The notes: generated by a model not told the origin, from the letters alone. A stretch of 64,000 nt of DNA from Camelus dromedarius (GCF_036321535.1 NC_087437.1:61754001-61818000); one strand, 5' to 3'; shown: positions 13,881 to 27,908, counted from the first letter of the stretch. Program-made: numbers and translations.

Positions 13881-14649
13881 CTCCCCTCCTTTTTTGTTTT
13901 TTTTTTTTTTGACACTGATCACTATGTGTTTTGAGGACTTTGAAATACTCATAAATTAAAAAAATATAAAGCTCTGTTTTATTGTTTTACATTTTCTTTC
14001 TTAGCTTATAAAATTAAAGATTTTTCAAAGCTGACATAAAATTCTAATCCTTGTAATATTTCAAAAGAGGATAATTGTACTCTCTACTTTCAGAAGATGA
14101 AACTTACTTATATTAAGTGTAAAGAGAGAAAATTATTCATAGGTTTTAAAGGCTTCATTCCTTTGTCCATTAGCTATTTAGAGATCATTTCATCTACCGG
14201 GTAACTACAGATTTGTGTTTAGTCTAGACTAGATCAGCTTGTTATTTATGGACTTCCAGGAGATGGCATAAGTTGAAAACATAAGAACATTTTGCAAAAG
14301 TAGCAGCACCCCAAAAACAGTCTTCATTTTATAAACCACTTGGCCCCATCCTGTCATGGGTCACTTGAGAGGTGACTCCCATTTAGGCCACATTGAAGGT
14401 GATCTTTGTACTATTTCCTCTGTATATTTAACTTAGATGCTATAGGTCCAGTGTTAGCTCTTATTTCTGATAGACTCATTTTTCCCTACTAATTCCTTCA
14501 CTGAGATCCCAGTTTGAGTTTGGAACCCTGTTTCTCTCGACTTTTTTAATTGAAAATATCCATGAAACATGTTGTTTTTTAAAGTAACTTTTAATTGTAA
14601 GAATGAGCCCAAAGTCAGTTTTTAAGAAAACTTTTCTCATTTGCTTCAG

Positions 14650-14780
14650 ACCTTTTTAAAAACTATGGTGCTGAAAAGTATGGACCTCATTCAGTTTGTC
14701 TAATTCAGAAATCAGCATTTGTCATGGAAAAGTGTGAGAGGAAGCTGAGTTACCCAGACTGGGGGAGTGGATGCTATCAG
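14650..14780 (+). CDS. LMLN: LMLN coding exon (131 nt, phase 1-0): [44 protein letters not shown]
   Basis: cttcag| and |gtaaac. Phases match both neighbouring exons. Confidence 0.97.
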
Positions 14781-16199
14781 GTAAACCATATGGTTGTTAA
14801 TAATTATATCAAATACTATATAATTTTATCTCGTTAAAATACATTTTATATTTTTATATAGTTAATTTTTATTGATTAATACTTTACCTTATTTATGTAA
14901 ACATTAGTTTGGATGCTTGTGTTTTGTCAAAATATTATATCTTTGAGAGAAATTACCTTTCCCCATTTGTTTAAAAATATATGTAGTTGCTATAGATCAG
15001 CAAAGTTTTATAATAATTTTGCTTCTGGGCATTTATGCTAAGGAGATCATGAAAAATATATAATTTTGTTCTTAAATACTACTTTTAATGGAAAAAATTA
15101 CAGTTTATAAGTTCTGAAGAAAGCATGGCTATAAGGATTAATAAATCAACTACTGATTAATAATAGATCTTTTCCTTGAAATTAGATATCCAAAGGGGGT
15201 AAACTACTGTTTTCTTAATTATCATATTTTCACATCTAATTTAAATAACTGCATCACCTTATTAAGAACTTATTAAGATACAGGCATTCTGTAACTTAGG
15301 AACATCCAACTTACTGAATATTTTATACCCTACTAATAGACATCAGAGAGGAGAATGTGATCCTAAAAACTGAAAAATAAGAATTGGTTGTGCCATTTTA
15401 TTTGCAAGGGCTAAGTGCACTAATGTAGCTGACAATTTAACTAATTTTTTTTAAAGTTTCTTAAAATTGACAGTTTTTTAGGTAACTGCTTTTTTGAGGT
15501 ATAATTCATTCACTGCGCAATTCATATAAAATTATCTTTGAAACCTTATAAAAGACAACTAAAAATGAACACTTTCCAGCTATAATCTGACAACTTTAAT
15601 TGAGCAACTATTTTCTGATAAATTCTATTAAAGATTTATGTATTGCTTACATACATAGTTTTGACCTTGTGTAATTACAGTATGTAATTTTGTTTTAGTC
15701 AGTGCCTTAGTGCTTATATGGAGCAAAATACCTTTTGCAGTTTTTTCCAATAATAATACCATTCTTTATAGCTGTAGAGCATTACATCATTTTAAAGTAG
15801 TTTAATTAGGGAAGTCATTTTTTTTGTTAGATATTGACTTAATTTTCACTTTTTACTATGTAAAAATGCTTTTATAAGTATATTTACAGGCTTTACCTTT
15901 TTAAAATCAATTTTTGAAATAAAATTAAAGGAAATAAAGCTGGAACAGAGTGAATTACGATAGGAGGATGACCATTTCAACCTACTTTAATGTTTCATAA
16001 CACCGCCACCACCACCACAAAGGGATTACGTAGATTTGTAATACCATCCACAAAGGCTTAATGTACTTGGCTTCTCTGGAGTACCTAGTGTTGTCAGTTA
16101 ATTTTGCTAATTTAATACTAAATACTAAATTAGCAAATGTATATGATTTCCAAACAGTTAGCATATGGATTAGCTGTTCTGTTTTCTCCTGTTTTTTTT

Positions 16200-17400
16200 T
16201 TTTTTTTTTTTACTTATTTTGATGGAATTTGCAAGAATGGTACAAAATTTTTTTTTTTCTGAGTCAGTTAAATGCAAATTGCTGACAACCTGCCCCTTCA
16301 CTCCCAAATACCTAAATATATATTTCTTATAAACAAGGACATCGTCTGTATGACCACAATACTACCAAAAAATAAAGAAATTAATATTGATACATCTAAT
16401 TCTCATACCCCATTTAAGTTTTGCCTATTGTCCCAACAATGTCTTTGTAGTAATAGGATCTGAACTAATATCACATGTTGAGTAGTTATCATGTCTCTGG
16501 TGTCCTTCAATCTGGAACAGTTCCTCAGTCTTTTCTTGACTTTCATACCCTTGACACTTTTAAAGGTTACAAGCCAGTTCTTTTCTAGGATGTGTCTCAA
16601 CTTGGGTTTGTCTGATGTTTCTTCATAATTAAATTCATGTAATATGTTTTGGGCAGTAATATCAGAGAAGTGATGCTTGTGTTGTGGTGGTGCACTCCTG
16701 ATTTGTCCCTTTACTGATCATGTTAACTTGCTAGTATCTACCACACTTCTTCACTGTCAAGTTGCTGTTTTTCTCTTTTAGCTAATTCCCTTTTTAATTA
16801 GTAAGTATTTGGACAAAAGGTACTATATCAATAAGTTATTTCTTATCATACTTTCACTTTATTAGTTTGTATACTTACAATCAGTTTTGATTCATGGATT
16901 CCATTTTATTCATTGGATATTACCATCACTATCATTATTTTTGATATTCAAGTTGCCCCAGAATTAGCCAGAGGGAGCCCTTTCAGGCTAGTTCCTGTGT
17001 CCTTTTGGCCTGTCCCATCTTTTTAAATATTTCCTTGCTGTCTAGCACAAGGTATTCTAGGCTTATCTTTACTTTCTTTGCTGCGGCTCTGGAAACAACC
17101 ATTTCTCCAAGGAGCTCTAGTTTCTTTTAGTGGAGTGTGATGTTTAGAGTCTAAGGTCTGGGTACTAGATGTACTGTTCATTGCTATTGGGATATAGCTG
17201 CTTCCCAGGCCCTCTTGGTAAACAGAACTAGGAAATATATATGTGTGTGTAATTTTATATATACTCACACGTGTATATATATAACCATGAGTTTGCACCA
17301 GTATCTTTGATTTCAGTCTAATACCAAAGAATTCATTTTAGCTTTCTCCCTTTCCATATTTGTAACTCTTCTTTCCAACAGTGGGAAAGAGGGTCTCATT
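16200..17400 (-). mobile_element. Old L1MC-type 3' fragment
   Basis: tgtctctggtgtccttcaatctggaacagttcctcagtc and catttctccaaggagctctagtttcttttagtgg motifs. Confidence 0.7.
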
Positions 17401-18085
17401 GTCCTTAATATGCTTACTTATTTGATCTGTCCACATCCCTTCCATCTTCTTCCACCCCTATGTGGTTACCCTCCTCACCCACTTGGACTCTGACACAGCC
17501 TGCCAGATCACAGCATCTCTCTTTCACTGTAATCCAAACCCTGTGCACCTCTTTAGAATATAGATACTCTTTCTTCCATGAAACTTTCTAATCTTTAATG
17601 TTCTTGTTTCTACCATTTATTGACTCTTAATCATAAAACAATCTGATACTGTTAATTTTGGGGGGAGGATTTTTATGTCCCGCCCTTCTCTCCTCAGTTA
17701 AAGCTCCTAGAGGGCAGGCACTGTGTCATGGACTTCTTTGGCATCCTTTTCAGCACCAAGCATGGTACCCAGTCAGTTCTCACTTAAAAGAATGATTACA
17801 GTGCATTGTGGCTGCTGTGACTTACTAGATGTGGGTCACTGAATGACAGACTTATAGAAGAGGTTACACTTTGTTGTTGTTTATTTTCTTTGTAGCTTAT
17901 TATAACTTAAATTTCCAAATGAATATATTTAAACTTAATTGATGATAGAGTTATTTTTAAAATGACTCCATTGTTGAAATACACTTTTGGAACTCCTCTT
18001 TTTAAATTGCCTTTAGAAACAGTTTAATAGCTATCTAAGAAGTCAGTTTTAGTTTTTTGCATCACACCTATGTTGACCTAGTCTT

Positions 18086-18173
18086 TTTTTTTTAATTGAA
18101 GTATAGTTGATTTACAATGTTGTGTTAATTTCTGTGTATAGCATAGTGATTCATTTATATATATATATATATA

Positions 18174-18248
<75 letters not shown>

Positions 18249-19325
18249 CCTTTTCATAGTCTTTTCCATTATAGGCCATTACAAGTTAGTATCTACAAAT
18301 TCCAAACTCCCAATTTATCCCTTACTCCTCCCTTCTCCCCCTGGTATCCATAAGTTTGTTTTCTGTGTCTGTAAGTCTGTTTCTGTTTTGTAAATAAATT
18401 CATTTGTGTCCTTTGTTTAGATTCCATATGTAAGTGGTATCATGATATTTTTCTTTCTTTTTCTGGCTTATTTCACTTGGCATGATCTCCAGTTCTATCC
18501 ATGTTGCTAAAAATGGCATTATTTCATTCTTTTTTGTGTCTGGGAGGTATTCTATTGTATCTATATGCCACATCTTTTAAAAAAATTTTTTATTGAAGTA
18601 TAATCAGTTTACAGTGTTGTAAACTGTGTCTGTGAATATGTTTCTGATTTGTAAATAAGTTCATTTGTCTTTTTTGTAGATTCCACATATAAGTGATACC
18701 ATATGGTATTTTTCTTTCTCTTTCTGGCTTACTTCACTTAGAATGACAATCTCCAGTTCCATCCATGTTGCTGCAAATGGCATTGTTTTATTCTTTTTTA
18801 GGGTTGAGTAGTATTCCATTGCATAAATACAGTACAACTTCTTTATCCAGTCATCTGTCGATGGACATTTAGGTTGTTTCCATGTCTTGGCTGTTGTAAA
18901 TAGTGCTGCTATGAACATTGGGGTGCATGTATTTTTTTGAATTAGAGTTCCCTCTGAATATATGCTGAAAAATGGGATTGCTGAATTGTGTAGTAAGTCT
19001 ATTTTTAGTTTCTTGAGGAATCTCCTGTTTTCCATAATGGTTGCACCAAACTACATTCCCACCAGTGGTGTAGGAGAATTCCCTTTTCTCCACATTCTCT
19101 CCAGCATTTATCGCTTGTGGACTTTTGAATGATGGCTCTGACTGGTGTGAGGTGATAATCTCATTGTAGTTTTGATTTGCATTTCTCTGGTAATTAATGA
19201 TGTTAATCTTCTTTTCATGGGAGAAATGTTTGTTTAAATCTTCTGCCCATTTTTTGATTGGGTTGTTTTGTTGTTGTTGTTATTGAGTTGTATGAGCTGT
19301 TTGTATATTTGGAAATTAAGACCTT
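18086..19325 (-). mobile_element. 5'-truncated L1 with two tandem 3' ends, 15-bp TSD
   Basis: TSD tgttgacctagtctt at 18071-18085 and 19326-19340. ORF2 C-terminus in ORF 18661..19035. Internal (TA)n(TG)n(TA)n at about 18156-18242. Confidence 0.9.
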
Positions 19326-19929
19326 TGTTGACCTAGTCTTAACCAGTTTAATGAACTGCCTTTAACTAGACTTGGTTCTTGGCGACTTTTGGGTATTTTC
19401 AAAATTTACATCTACTTGCAAAGTAAAAATTTGTCACCATCAAACATATTCAGAAGCATGCACTGAAGTTTCAGAAATATTTAAAGTGACGTAGCATAAT
19501 TGAAATTAATGTGAAGTCCTTTTAGAAAACAACATTGAAGAAGATAGTCATTTTAAACATTTTTTGTTAGTTTTAATATGTTTGCTTTTAAAAATTGATT
19601 TTATTATTTACCCCTTGTATTTGAGATATGAGTCCTGCCTTTAAAGATGTTATCAGTTGTACTCATAATGTAATCATCATGAACATTTTTATCTCTATCC
19701 CAGAGGGTCTGGGATAGAGAAAAAGAATAACTATCACTATGTCATTTCTCTGTTGTGTTTCTTTTTTTTTTTTTTTTTTTTTTTTACAATTAACATATAT
19801 TATTTTTTAAAACAACTAATAAAATTTTGATTTACAAAATATAGTGACTTGCACAAAAAAATGACATGGTTAATGGCTTTGACAGAGATTTAAGCTGAAA
19901 TAAAGGAGGATACTAGAATCTACAGAAAT

Positions 19930-20670
19930 TTTTTTTTGATAGACATTACTTTTTTTAGAACAGTTTCATGTTTACAGCAGAATTGAGCAGAAAATACAGA
20001 GTTCCCACATAGTCCGCCCCACCCACCCATGTATAATCCCCTACCTTCAACATCCCTCACCAGTGTGGCATATTTGGTTCAATTGATGAACCAACATGGG
20101 TATGTTATTATCAACCAAAGTCCATAGTTTACATTAGGGTTTACTCTTGATGTTGTACATTCTGTGGGTTTTGACAAATGCATAATGCATGTAGCCACCA
20201 CTATAGTATCATACAGAATAATTTCATTGCCCTAAAAATCCCTTGTGCTCCATCTGTTCATTTCTCCCTCTCTCCCTCTCCCCAAACCTCTGAAAACCAC
20301 AATCTTTTTATTGTTTCTGTAGCTGTGCCTTTTCCAAACTGTCATTTGGTTGGAATCGTACAGTTGTAGCCTTTTCAGGCTGGCTTCTTTCATTTAGTAA
20401 TATGTCTTTCATGGCGTGATAAGTTTTTTTGTTTTAACTGCACATGTATTTTTGAATTTACATATATATACTGTTCATTGTTTCTAAGAATGTTTAGAAC
20501 TTTAGCTTTTTAAACTTACATAGTTATCAAAGGAATAAAGCCAACCACAAAATAAGATTTAACTCAAAAAGATACATACGCCCTGTTATTAACAGCAAAG
20601 TTATTTATAATTGCCAAGATATGGAAGCATCCTAAGTGTACATCAATAGTTGAATAGATAATAGAGATGC

Positions 20671-20723
<53 letters not shown>

Positions 20724-22977
20724 TGGAATATTTTGCCATTTGCGGCCCTTCATTCACTTTTTTTTTTTTCACTTCAAAACCCAGAATTTTATAACTGGCA
20801 GAGACATTTCCATTACATCAAAAACAACAAAACACCTAGAAATAAGCTTAACCAAGGAGGTTACCTATACTCCGAAAACCGAAATAACACAAAGAAATAG
20901 AAAGATTTCTTATGCTCTTGGATTGGAAGAATCAACACTATCAAAATGGCCACACTACCCAAAGCAATCCACAGATCCAGTGCAACCCCCATCAAAATAC
21001 TCGCGACATTCCTCACAGAACTGGAACAATTCCAAAATTTATAAGGAACCACAAAAGACCCCAAACAGCCAAAGCAATCTTTTGTAGGTCTCTTTTTTTT
21101 TCTCTTTCTTTTTTTGTTCTCATTTCTTATGGTTTGATGACTAGAGTAGGTCCTATAACATTTGCTCTAAAGTTGGTTTGGTGGTGCTGAAATCATTTAG
21201 CTTTTGTTTATCTGTGAAGCTTTTGACTTCCCCATCAAGTCTGATTGAGAACCTTGCTGGATAGAGTATTCTTGGTTGTAGGTTTTTCCCTTTCATCACT
21301 TTAAATATATCTTTCCAGTCCCTTCTGGCTTATAGAATTTCTACTGAAAAATCAGCTGATAACCTTATAGGAGTTCCCTTGTATGTTATTTGTTGCTTTT
21401 CTCTTGCTAATTTTAATATTTTCTCCTTATCCTTAATTGTTGTCAATTTGATGACTAGATGCCTTGATGTGTTCCTCTTTGGGTTGATTCTGTGTAGTAC
21501 TCTCTGGTCTTCCAGGACTTGGGTGACTGTTTCCTTTCCCAAGTTGGGGAAGTTTTCAGTTATTATCTCTCCAAAAATTTTCTTGGGTCCTTTCTCTCTC
21601 TCTTCTCTTTCTTGGACCCCTATAATGTGAATATTAGAGCACTTCATGTTGTCCCAGAGTTCTGTTGAACTATCCTCATTCCTTTTTATTCTTTTTTCTT
21701 TTTTCTGTTCTGAAGTAGTGATTTTCACTAATATGTCTTTTAGCTCAGTGAACCCTTCTTCTGCCTCATTTAGTCTATTCTTGGTTCCTTCTAGTGTATT
21801 GTTCATTTCAGTGATTTTATTCTTCAACTCTGTTTGGGTATTCTTTATATTTTCCAACTCTTTGCTAAAAACTTCACTCTGTGCATCTATACTCCTCTTG
21901 AGTTCTCTGAACATCTTGGCCATCATTATTTTAAACTCTTTCTCAGATAAATTACCTACCTTCTCACCACTTATTTCTTCTTCTGGGATTTTATCTTGTG
22001 CCTTGGCCTGGGAGATATTCCTTTACCACCTCATATTTCTTTCTATGTGTTTGTGGATTCCTTCCACAGCCTTTGGGATTATTGTTTTCTTGTTTCTAGT
22101 ATCTGCCCCTGGTGGATGAGGCTGGACTAGAGGCTTATGCAGGTTTCCTGGCAGGAGGAGTTGGTGCCTGCCCACTGCTGGGTGAAGCTTGGTCCTGGAC
22201 CTCTGGTGGGTAGGGCCGTGTCTAGAGGCCTTTGTGGCTTAGGAAGTCTGCTAGTGGGTGTGTCTGTGTTCCCACCCTGTATGCTGTTTGGCCTGAGGCT
22301 TCCCTACAGGCTGTTGGCTGGGGCTCGGTGTTGGTGCTAATGATCCAATCAAAATGTCAGCCTCCAAGCAAGCTCATGTAGATTAACACTCCCGGAATGT
22401 CCACCACCAGTTTTTATGTCCCTTGAGTGAGCCGCAGCCGTCCTCTACCACCCCGGGAGACCCTCCAAATCCAGCAGGCAGGTCTGGCCCAAGTTCCTAT
22501 GAAATCACTGCCTCTGCCCTTGGACCTGGTGCATGTGAGTTTCCTTGTATGCTTCTTAAGCAAATGGAGCCTCTGTTTCCCTCAGTCCCGTGGGACTCCC
22601 TGAGCCACGCCCCCCTGACCTTCAAAACCAGATGTCCTGGGGTCTCCTTCTCTTCCCACTGCCGGGACCCAAGCTGGGGAGCCTGACGTGGGGCTTAGAG
22701 CTCTCACTCCTGTGGGAGGGCCTCTGCGACTTAACAAATCTTCAGCTTGTGGGTTGCCCACCCGAGGGGTTATGGGGCCCAATTATATCATGAGCACGTC
22801 CCTCCTACTGTCCTGCTGTGGTTCCCTCTTTATGTTTCCAGTTGCAGAAGATCTTTTTTGCTAGGTTCCAGTCTTTTTTCGATGGTTGTTTAGCATTCAG
22901 TTGTGGTTTCATTGTAGTCGCGAGGAGAGGCAAGCTCGTGGTCCTACCACTCTGCCATCTTGACCGGAACCGAACCC
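19930..22977 (-). mobile_element. Composite L1-derived element: 5'UTR + ORF1 + inverted ORF2 pieces + older L1 3' segment
   Basis: ORF1p in ORF 21330..21926 (NIHIIGVQE, ENFPNL, ITYKGTPIRLSADFS). Direct repeat ctacagaaat at 19920-19929 and 22978-22987. (TG)n at about 20673-20721. Confidence 0.85.
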
Positions 22978-23324
22978 CTACAGAAATGTTGTTATTAATG
23001 CCTTGTCTTTAGGGTTCTGTGGATTCAAACTGTATGTAATGTGGCATATTACCTTGTGTTTTTTAGGAAAGGTGTCCATAGATTTTATTAAGATTTTTTA
23101 AAAGGTACTGTGGTCAAAGTTTAAGAACTACTACCACAGAGTGAAATTCTTTTACAACCTGAATAACTTAACCCTCTTTGTATGAGATTTAAATATTCCC
23201 TTATCCCCAATTGTGTTTTATAGCCAGCATTTTTAGTAAATTCTACCATATTTTCCTACAGTTGAAGGAGAAGCCTCACATACTAGAATCTTACTGATCT
23301 GATTCTTTTTCCCACTTTTTGAAG

Positions 23325-23535
23325 GTTTCTTGTTCTCCACAAGGTCTGAAGGTTTGGGTTCAGGATACTTCATATTTGTGTAGTCGGGCCGGGCAGGTCC
23401 TCCCCGTCAGTATTCAGATGAATGGCTGGATTCACGATGGAAACCTGCTCTGCCCATCATGCTGGGACTTCTGTGAACTCTGTCCTCCAGAAACAGATCC
23501 TCCAGCTGCTAACTTGACCCGAACTCTACCCCTGG
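23325..23535 (+). CDS. LMLN: LMLN penultimate coding exon (211 nt, phase 0-1): [70 protein letters not shown]
   Basis: tttgaag| and |gtgagt. Lies within ORF 23319..23543. Cys-rich C-terminal domain. Confidence 0.97.
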
Positions 23536-24509
23536 GTGAGTAGTCTCTCTGGTTGGAATAAAGAGAGAGATTTTTCTTACAAGATGTTGAAAATTCCCTT
23601 CAAGGAAGCTCTAAAACAGGTTGAGTGTCTTCTCTTCTAATTGCAATTCCACTGTTAGAAACTGAAGGGAGGTAACAAGTTTACCTCCCTTCAGTAAGAG
23701 TGAGGGTGAGAAAGCTTTCTATGTGAAGAACCTCTGACTTGCACACAAAAAAAGTCATTGAAGTTTATAAAAAGTTAATGTTTCAACCACTGATTTTTAA
23801 ATTAAGAGTAAAAATTATGTTCATTGAATACAAAAAGCAATTAAGTATATTTTAGTTATATTATAACTAGGTGAAGTGCAAGAGAGGGAAAGACACTGGA
23901 AAAGAAGCTCAAAGAAGGGATTGACACACCCACAAAGAAAAGAAAGGTGCAAGGAGCCACAAATACACACTCACAAGGTGAGATAGGAAGACAGGCTGGC
24001 AAAGACAGTGGTTCTCACAGGGATATTTTGCTCATTCTTTGAGACTCCAGAGAGTAGAACTGAAGTTGTAGGGAGACAGATTCTGGTTAAATCCTTTAGA
24101 ATCAGGAGGGGAATGGAAAGGACTGTCTCTAGAAGAGTGCGTTCCCTACTAATGAAGGTGTGCAAACTGAGGTTGATGATCCACTTCTAAGAGTTATAAA
24201 AGCAGAGTTCATGAACTTTCCATGAAAGCTTTGACCTATGGTCTATGATATTTTAATTAAATGACCTATGAGATTTTATGACTGATTGACATTTTGAAAT
24301 ATGCCATGTTTCATTTTCTCAACAGGAGATATTTTTCAAATGAAACTGTTTTAACCCTTTGCCTGTTCCATGGTCTGGTTGAAAACAGAGGGCTACATTC
24401 ACTTTACAGCTCAAAATTTCTTCACATCTAAAATTTAATTTCCTTTCTTTCCCAAATCCTGCAGGCTTGGGATATAAGTAGAGGATGAGTTTTGGAAGGT
24501 TAATACTTG

Positions 24510-24752
24510 TGTTGGGGGTGTCCAAGACCACCCCCAGATTTAATGATTCTCTAGGAGACACAAGATTGCCTCTAGTTGTACTTGTGACTAAGCTTTGTTA
24601 AGGGGAAAAGATACAAAGCAGAATCAGCAAAAGGAAAAGGGGCAGTGGGCAACGCCTGGAAGAAACCAGTTCCCAGACACCAGCTGAAGGCTGTCCTTGC
24701 AAACAGGACTTTGAAAGAGTGGCCATCTCGGGCCTGCTATGTTAACTCTTTT
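24510..24752. mobile_element. LTR fragment (MER21-like)
   Basis: tgttgggggtgtccaagaccacccccag...gcctgctatgttaactctttt pattern. Confidence 0.6.
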
Positions 24753-26599
24753 CACTGAATTCCTGTGAGCCAGCTGAGTTTTCTGCAGTTATAATGGTAA
24801 TGCACAGTGAATTATTCGAAATGATAAAAGATCTTAGGTGCTTCTGATACGGTGTGTAGTAAATATAGTGTTGAATACTCTTAGTCAGCTTTTAATGTGA
24901 AGCTGGTAGGATGACTTAATTTTGTTGTTATTGTTAAATTTCTTTGGCTAGGATTAGAGGACTGCTAGTCTACAAATAGGTGGTTCTGATGAAGTTCCCA
25001 TCCTCAGGCCTAATCTCAGAGTTAACTATAAGAAACTATTACCATCTCATTGTCCAAGAGATGAACAGTGATTGAGCCATTAGCAGTTAGAGCTGAGATG
25101 AGAGAGTTACTCCAGCTGGTTCAGAGGTAAGAAACTTAGGATTACAGTAGGAGAATGTCTAGAAATGAGGAGAAAGCCAGACCAGGTCGAGGAGCTCTGA
25201 AATGATTAGTTCCTGTCCTTGGAACATGGCAAAGACAAGAGAATCTGTTGAAAGGAGATGGGAAATAGATTGCAGATGACCCACCCCTTCCACAAACCTG
25301 CGCGTTAGACTTTTCTTTTTCTTATCCTGCTCACTCTTTATAGTCACTATGTTATGATTTCTTCCCTTTAACCAGTTCTATGAGGAAGGAAGCTTAAAAA
25401 AACATTGTAACCTCCAAAGCACTGCCAATTTTGAAAAATGCATAAAAATGCACAAGAATAGATGCCTTTTAGGCATTGCTTTTTGAATATTATAAGCATC
25501 ACTGTCAAAATTCTAAAATAACCTGACTTCTTGTCTTTGTTAATGTGTGTGAATAGAGCACACACTGAGCCTTTGCTGAATGTTTATTTAACTATGTACC
25601 AGGGACTATGGCAGACTTTACATGTGCTCTTTATTTTAGGTACATAGTTTGTTTCTTTTTAATAATGTTTTTATGACCCACCAAACTTGTAAAAATAAGA
25701 TTTGATGCTTTAAATGTACTTGTATGAGAAATACTAATAATTAGAATTAACCTATGTTAAAGCTTATTAAGCAATTGATTATTCCTAATATGTCTTATGA
25801 GTTAAGGTGCTTTTTAGGTTTCTAGGTATGTCTTTAAAACTTTAAAACCCCTCATATTCTGGAGGAAGTGTGTAAAGATACTTCTCTCCCCAAATTCTTC
25901 TGATTTTTGTTGTTGTTCTCAGGTGTTAGTTCACACAGCCTTTTCTTAACACTTGTAATTTCTTTTAGAATGTAAAACTCTCATCTTCTTTTCTTTCTCC
26001 TTTTCTTTTGTCATCACTTGTAAATGCTAGAGTGTGATTAGATAGTTTCCACTAGTCAATATGAAAGATTTATTTCTAAATTCTTTCTGGCCTCTTCAGA
26101 TTATAGAGGTTGTTTTTGTTTCTGTTTATTGAATGCTAGACACTTTGCTGAATGCTTTATGTCTATATCATTCTATTTAATCATCACAAAACCTAATGAG
26201 ATAGAAATTATTTTACACATGAGAAAACTAAGGTAAAAAGAGATAAAGTGATAGTTACGGTCACAGCTAATAGATAATGAAGTTCAGATCAAAACCCAGA
26301 TCTATCATCTCCAATTCATTTTCAAACACCCTCATTGTGTCTTTTCTTTTTAAAGAGTACTGTCACAGAAAGTGCAGTGTTTCTGAAAGACAACAAATAC
26401 TCCAGAGCTACCATTTATGTTTTAATAGCTTCCTAAATTTTAGTACCAGCAGTAGATAAACCAATTGCTACTTCTCCTCTTGTTTCCTTTGGGCCAAATT
26501 GAGAATCAGAAGATAAAGTGATGTGCCTTGGCTATTAGTGACTCCAAGGCCTACTCCTTGTTCCAGCCAAGACCGCTCTACCTGATGCTCTCGGCCAGA

Positions 26600-26965
26600 A
26601 CTTATCCAATAGAACTTTCTGGGGTGATGGAAATGTTCTGTAAACTGCATTATCCCATACAGCAGTCATTAGCCACATGTGACTATTGAACATGTGAGAT
26701 GTGGCTAGTGAGACTAAGGAACTAAATATTTTATTTCATTTTGGCTAATTTAAATTTAAATGGTACATACCACTAGTGGCTGCCACATGACAGTGCAGCT
26801 CTAGGTCCGGGGTTCGCAAACTTCAGCATGCATCAGAATCATGCTAGGACTGACCCCCAGAGTTTCTGATTCACAAGATCTGGGTTGGAGCCTGAGAATT
26901 TGCCTTTTTAATTAGTTCCCAGGGGATGCTGATGTTGTTGATCCAAGTACCACACTTGGAGAAGG
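26600..26965. mobile_element. Adjacent MER3-like and MER5A-like DNA transposons
   Basis: tccaatagaactttctggggtgatggaaatgttct; ccccagagtttctgattca...ctgagaatttgc...cacacttggag. Confidence 0.75.
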
Positions 26966-27534
26966 ATTATTCTCAGAAAAGTTGGATTTTTCTAAGACTT
27001 AACAATGCCAGCTGATTCCATTGGGAAAGAATATAACTTCCCTATGGTTTACCTGGATTACATACAGTGAAGTGATTTTTTAAAATACTAATTCCTCACT
27101 GTATAGTGCTCAGAAGAACAAGCTCCAGTGCCCTGACATTATCATTCTACAGCTGAAGACCAATCCTTTTTATCCTTACCTTTTGAGCAAGTCAGATTTG
27201 AAGATTGCTTGGGTCTTTATTGGTTAAAATATTAGAACAGACAACTCATCCTAAAGTAAAGTCAGGTTGACCTGGTCTTTTAACTGCTAAAAAATGTTTT
27301 CCATTCTGAGAATCATTTTGGGGAAATAGTTTTAGTTGTGAGAACAACTCTTGGCTAAATTAAAATATACTCCTAGTGCCCAAAGCCCATAAAATCTTCT
27401 GCTGTTTCCAAATCAAGCCTGGGGTGACATGGATATATAGGTAGACATTTAGAGATCGGGAAACATATGTCCTGTTTTGCCTGGGACAGTCATGTGCCTG
27501 TTTTGCTGGTATGATTATTAATAGCATTCCCTTG

Positions 27535-27908
27535 TGTTAAAATAATCAAAGAGAACAATTTAGTTGATCAAAGCAAATTTTATTTCACACAGGCAGTCTC
27601 TACTCTCAGGAGTCCAGAGAACTGTAAAATAAGGGGAGAGCAGCAAGCAGGAAACAAGGAAGGAAGTACTCACCTTAGGTTGATGTGCTGGGGTTGAGCA
27701 TCTGACCTTTAGAAAGATCAAGGAACAAGGAGATATGTATAGGGCCCAGAGTTAGCTTGGCGATGGGAGATTGGCTGACTGAATATGCTGTGGTTCTGGT
27801 CAAGCAGAGCATTTACACAAACACAAAAAGTTACCTAAGCTTCAGTTTGCTGATGTGGCACCACAGGCAGAAATGGCTCCATCTTGAGTCTAGAAAGTTA
27901 TTTCAGCA
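27535..27908. mobile_element. Solo LTR nested in a small hAT-type element (about 27445-27960)
   Basis: TG...CA termini with imperfect inverted ends (tgttaaaataat / gttatttcagca) and 4-bp flanks cttg/ctta. Confidence 0.7.

Noticed and set aside
19762..19860. Poly-T followed by AT-rich unique sequence (orphan retroposed 3' end?)
   Set aside because: No TSD or identifiable source sequence.
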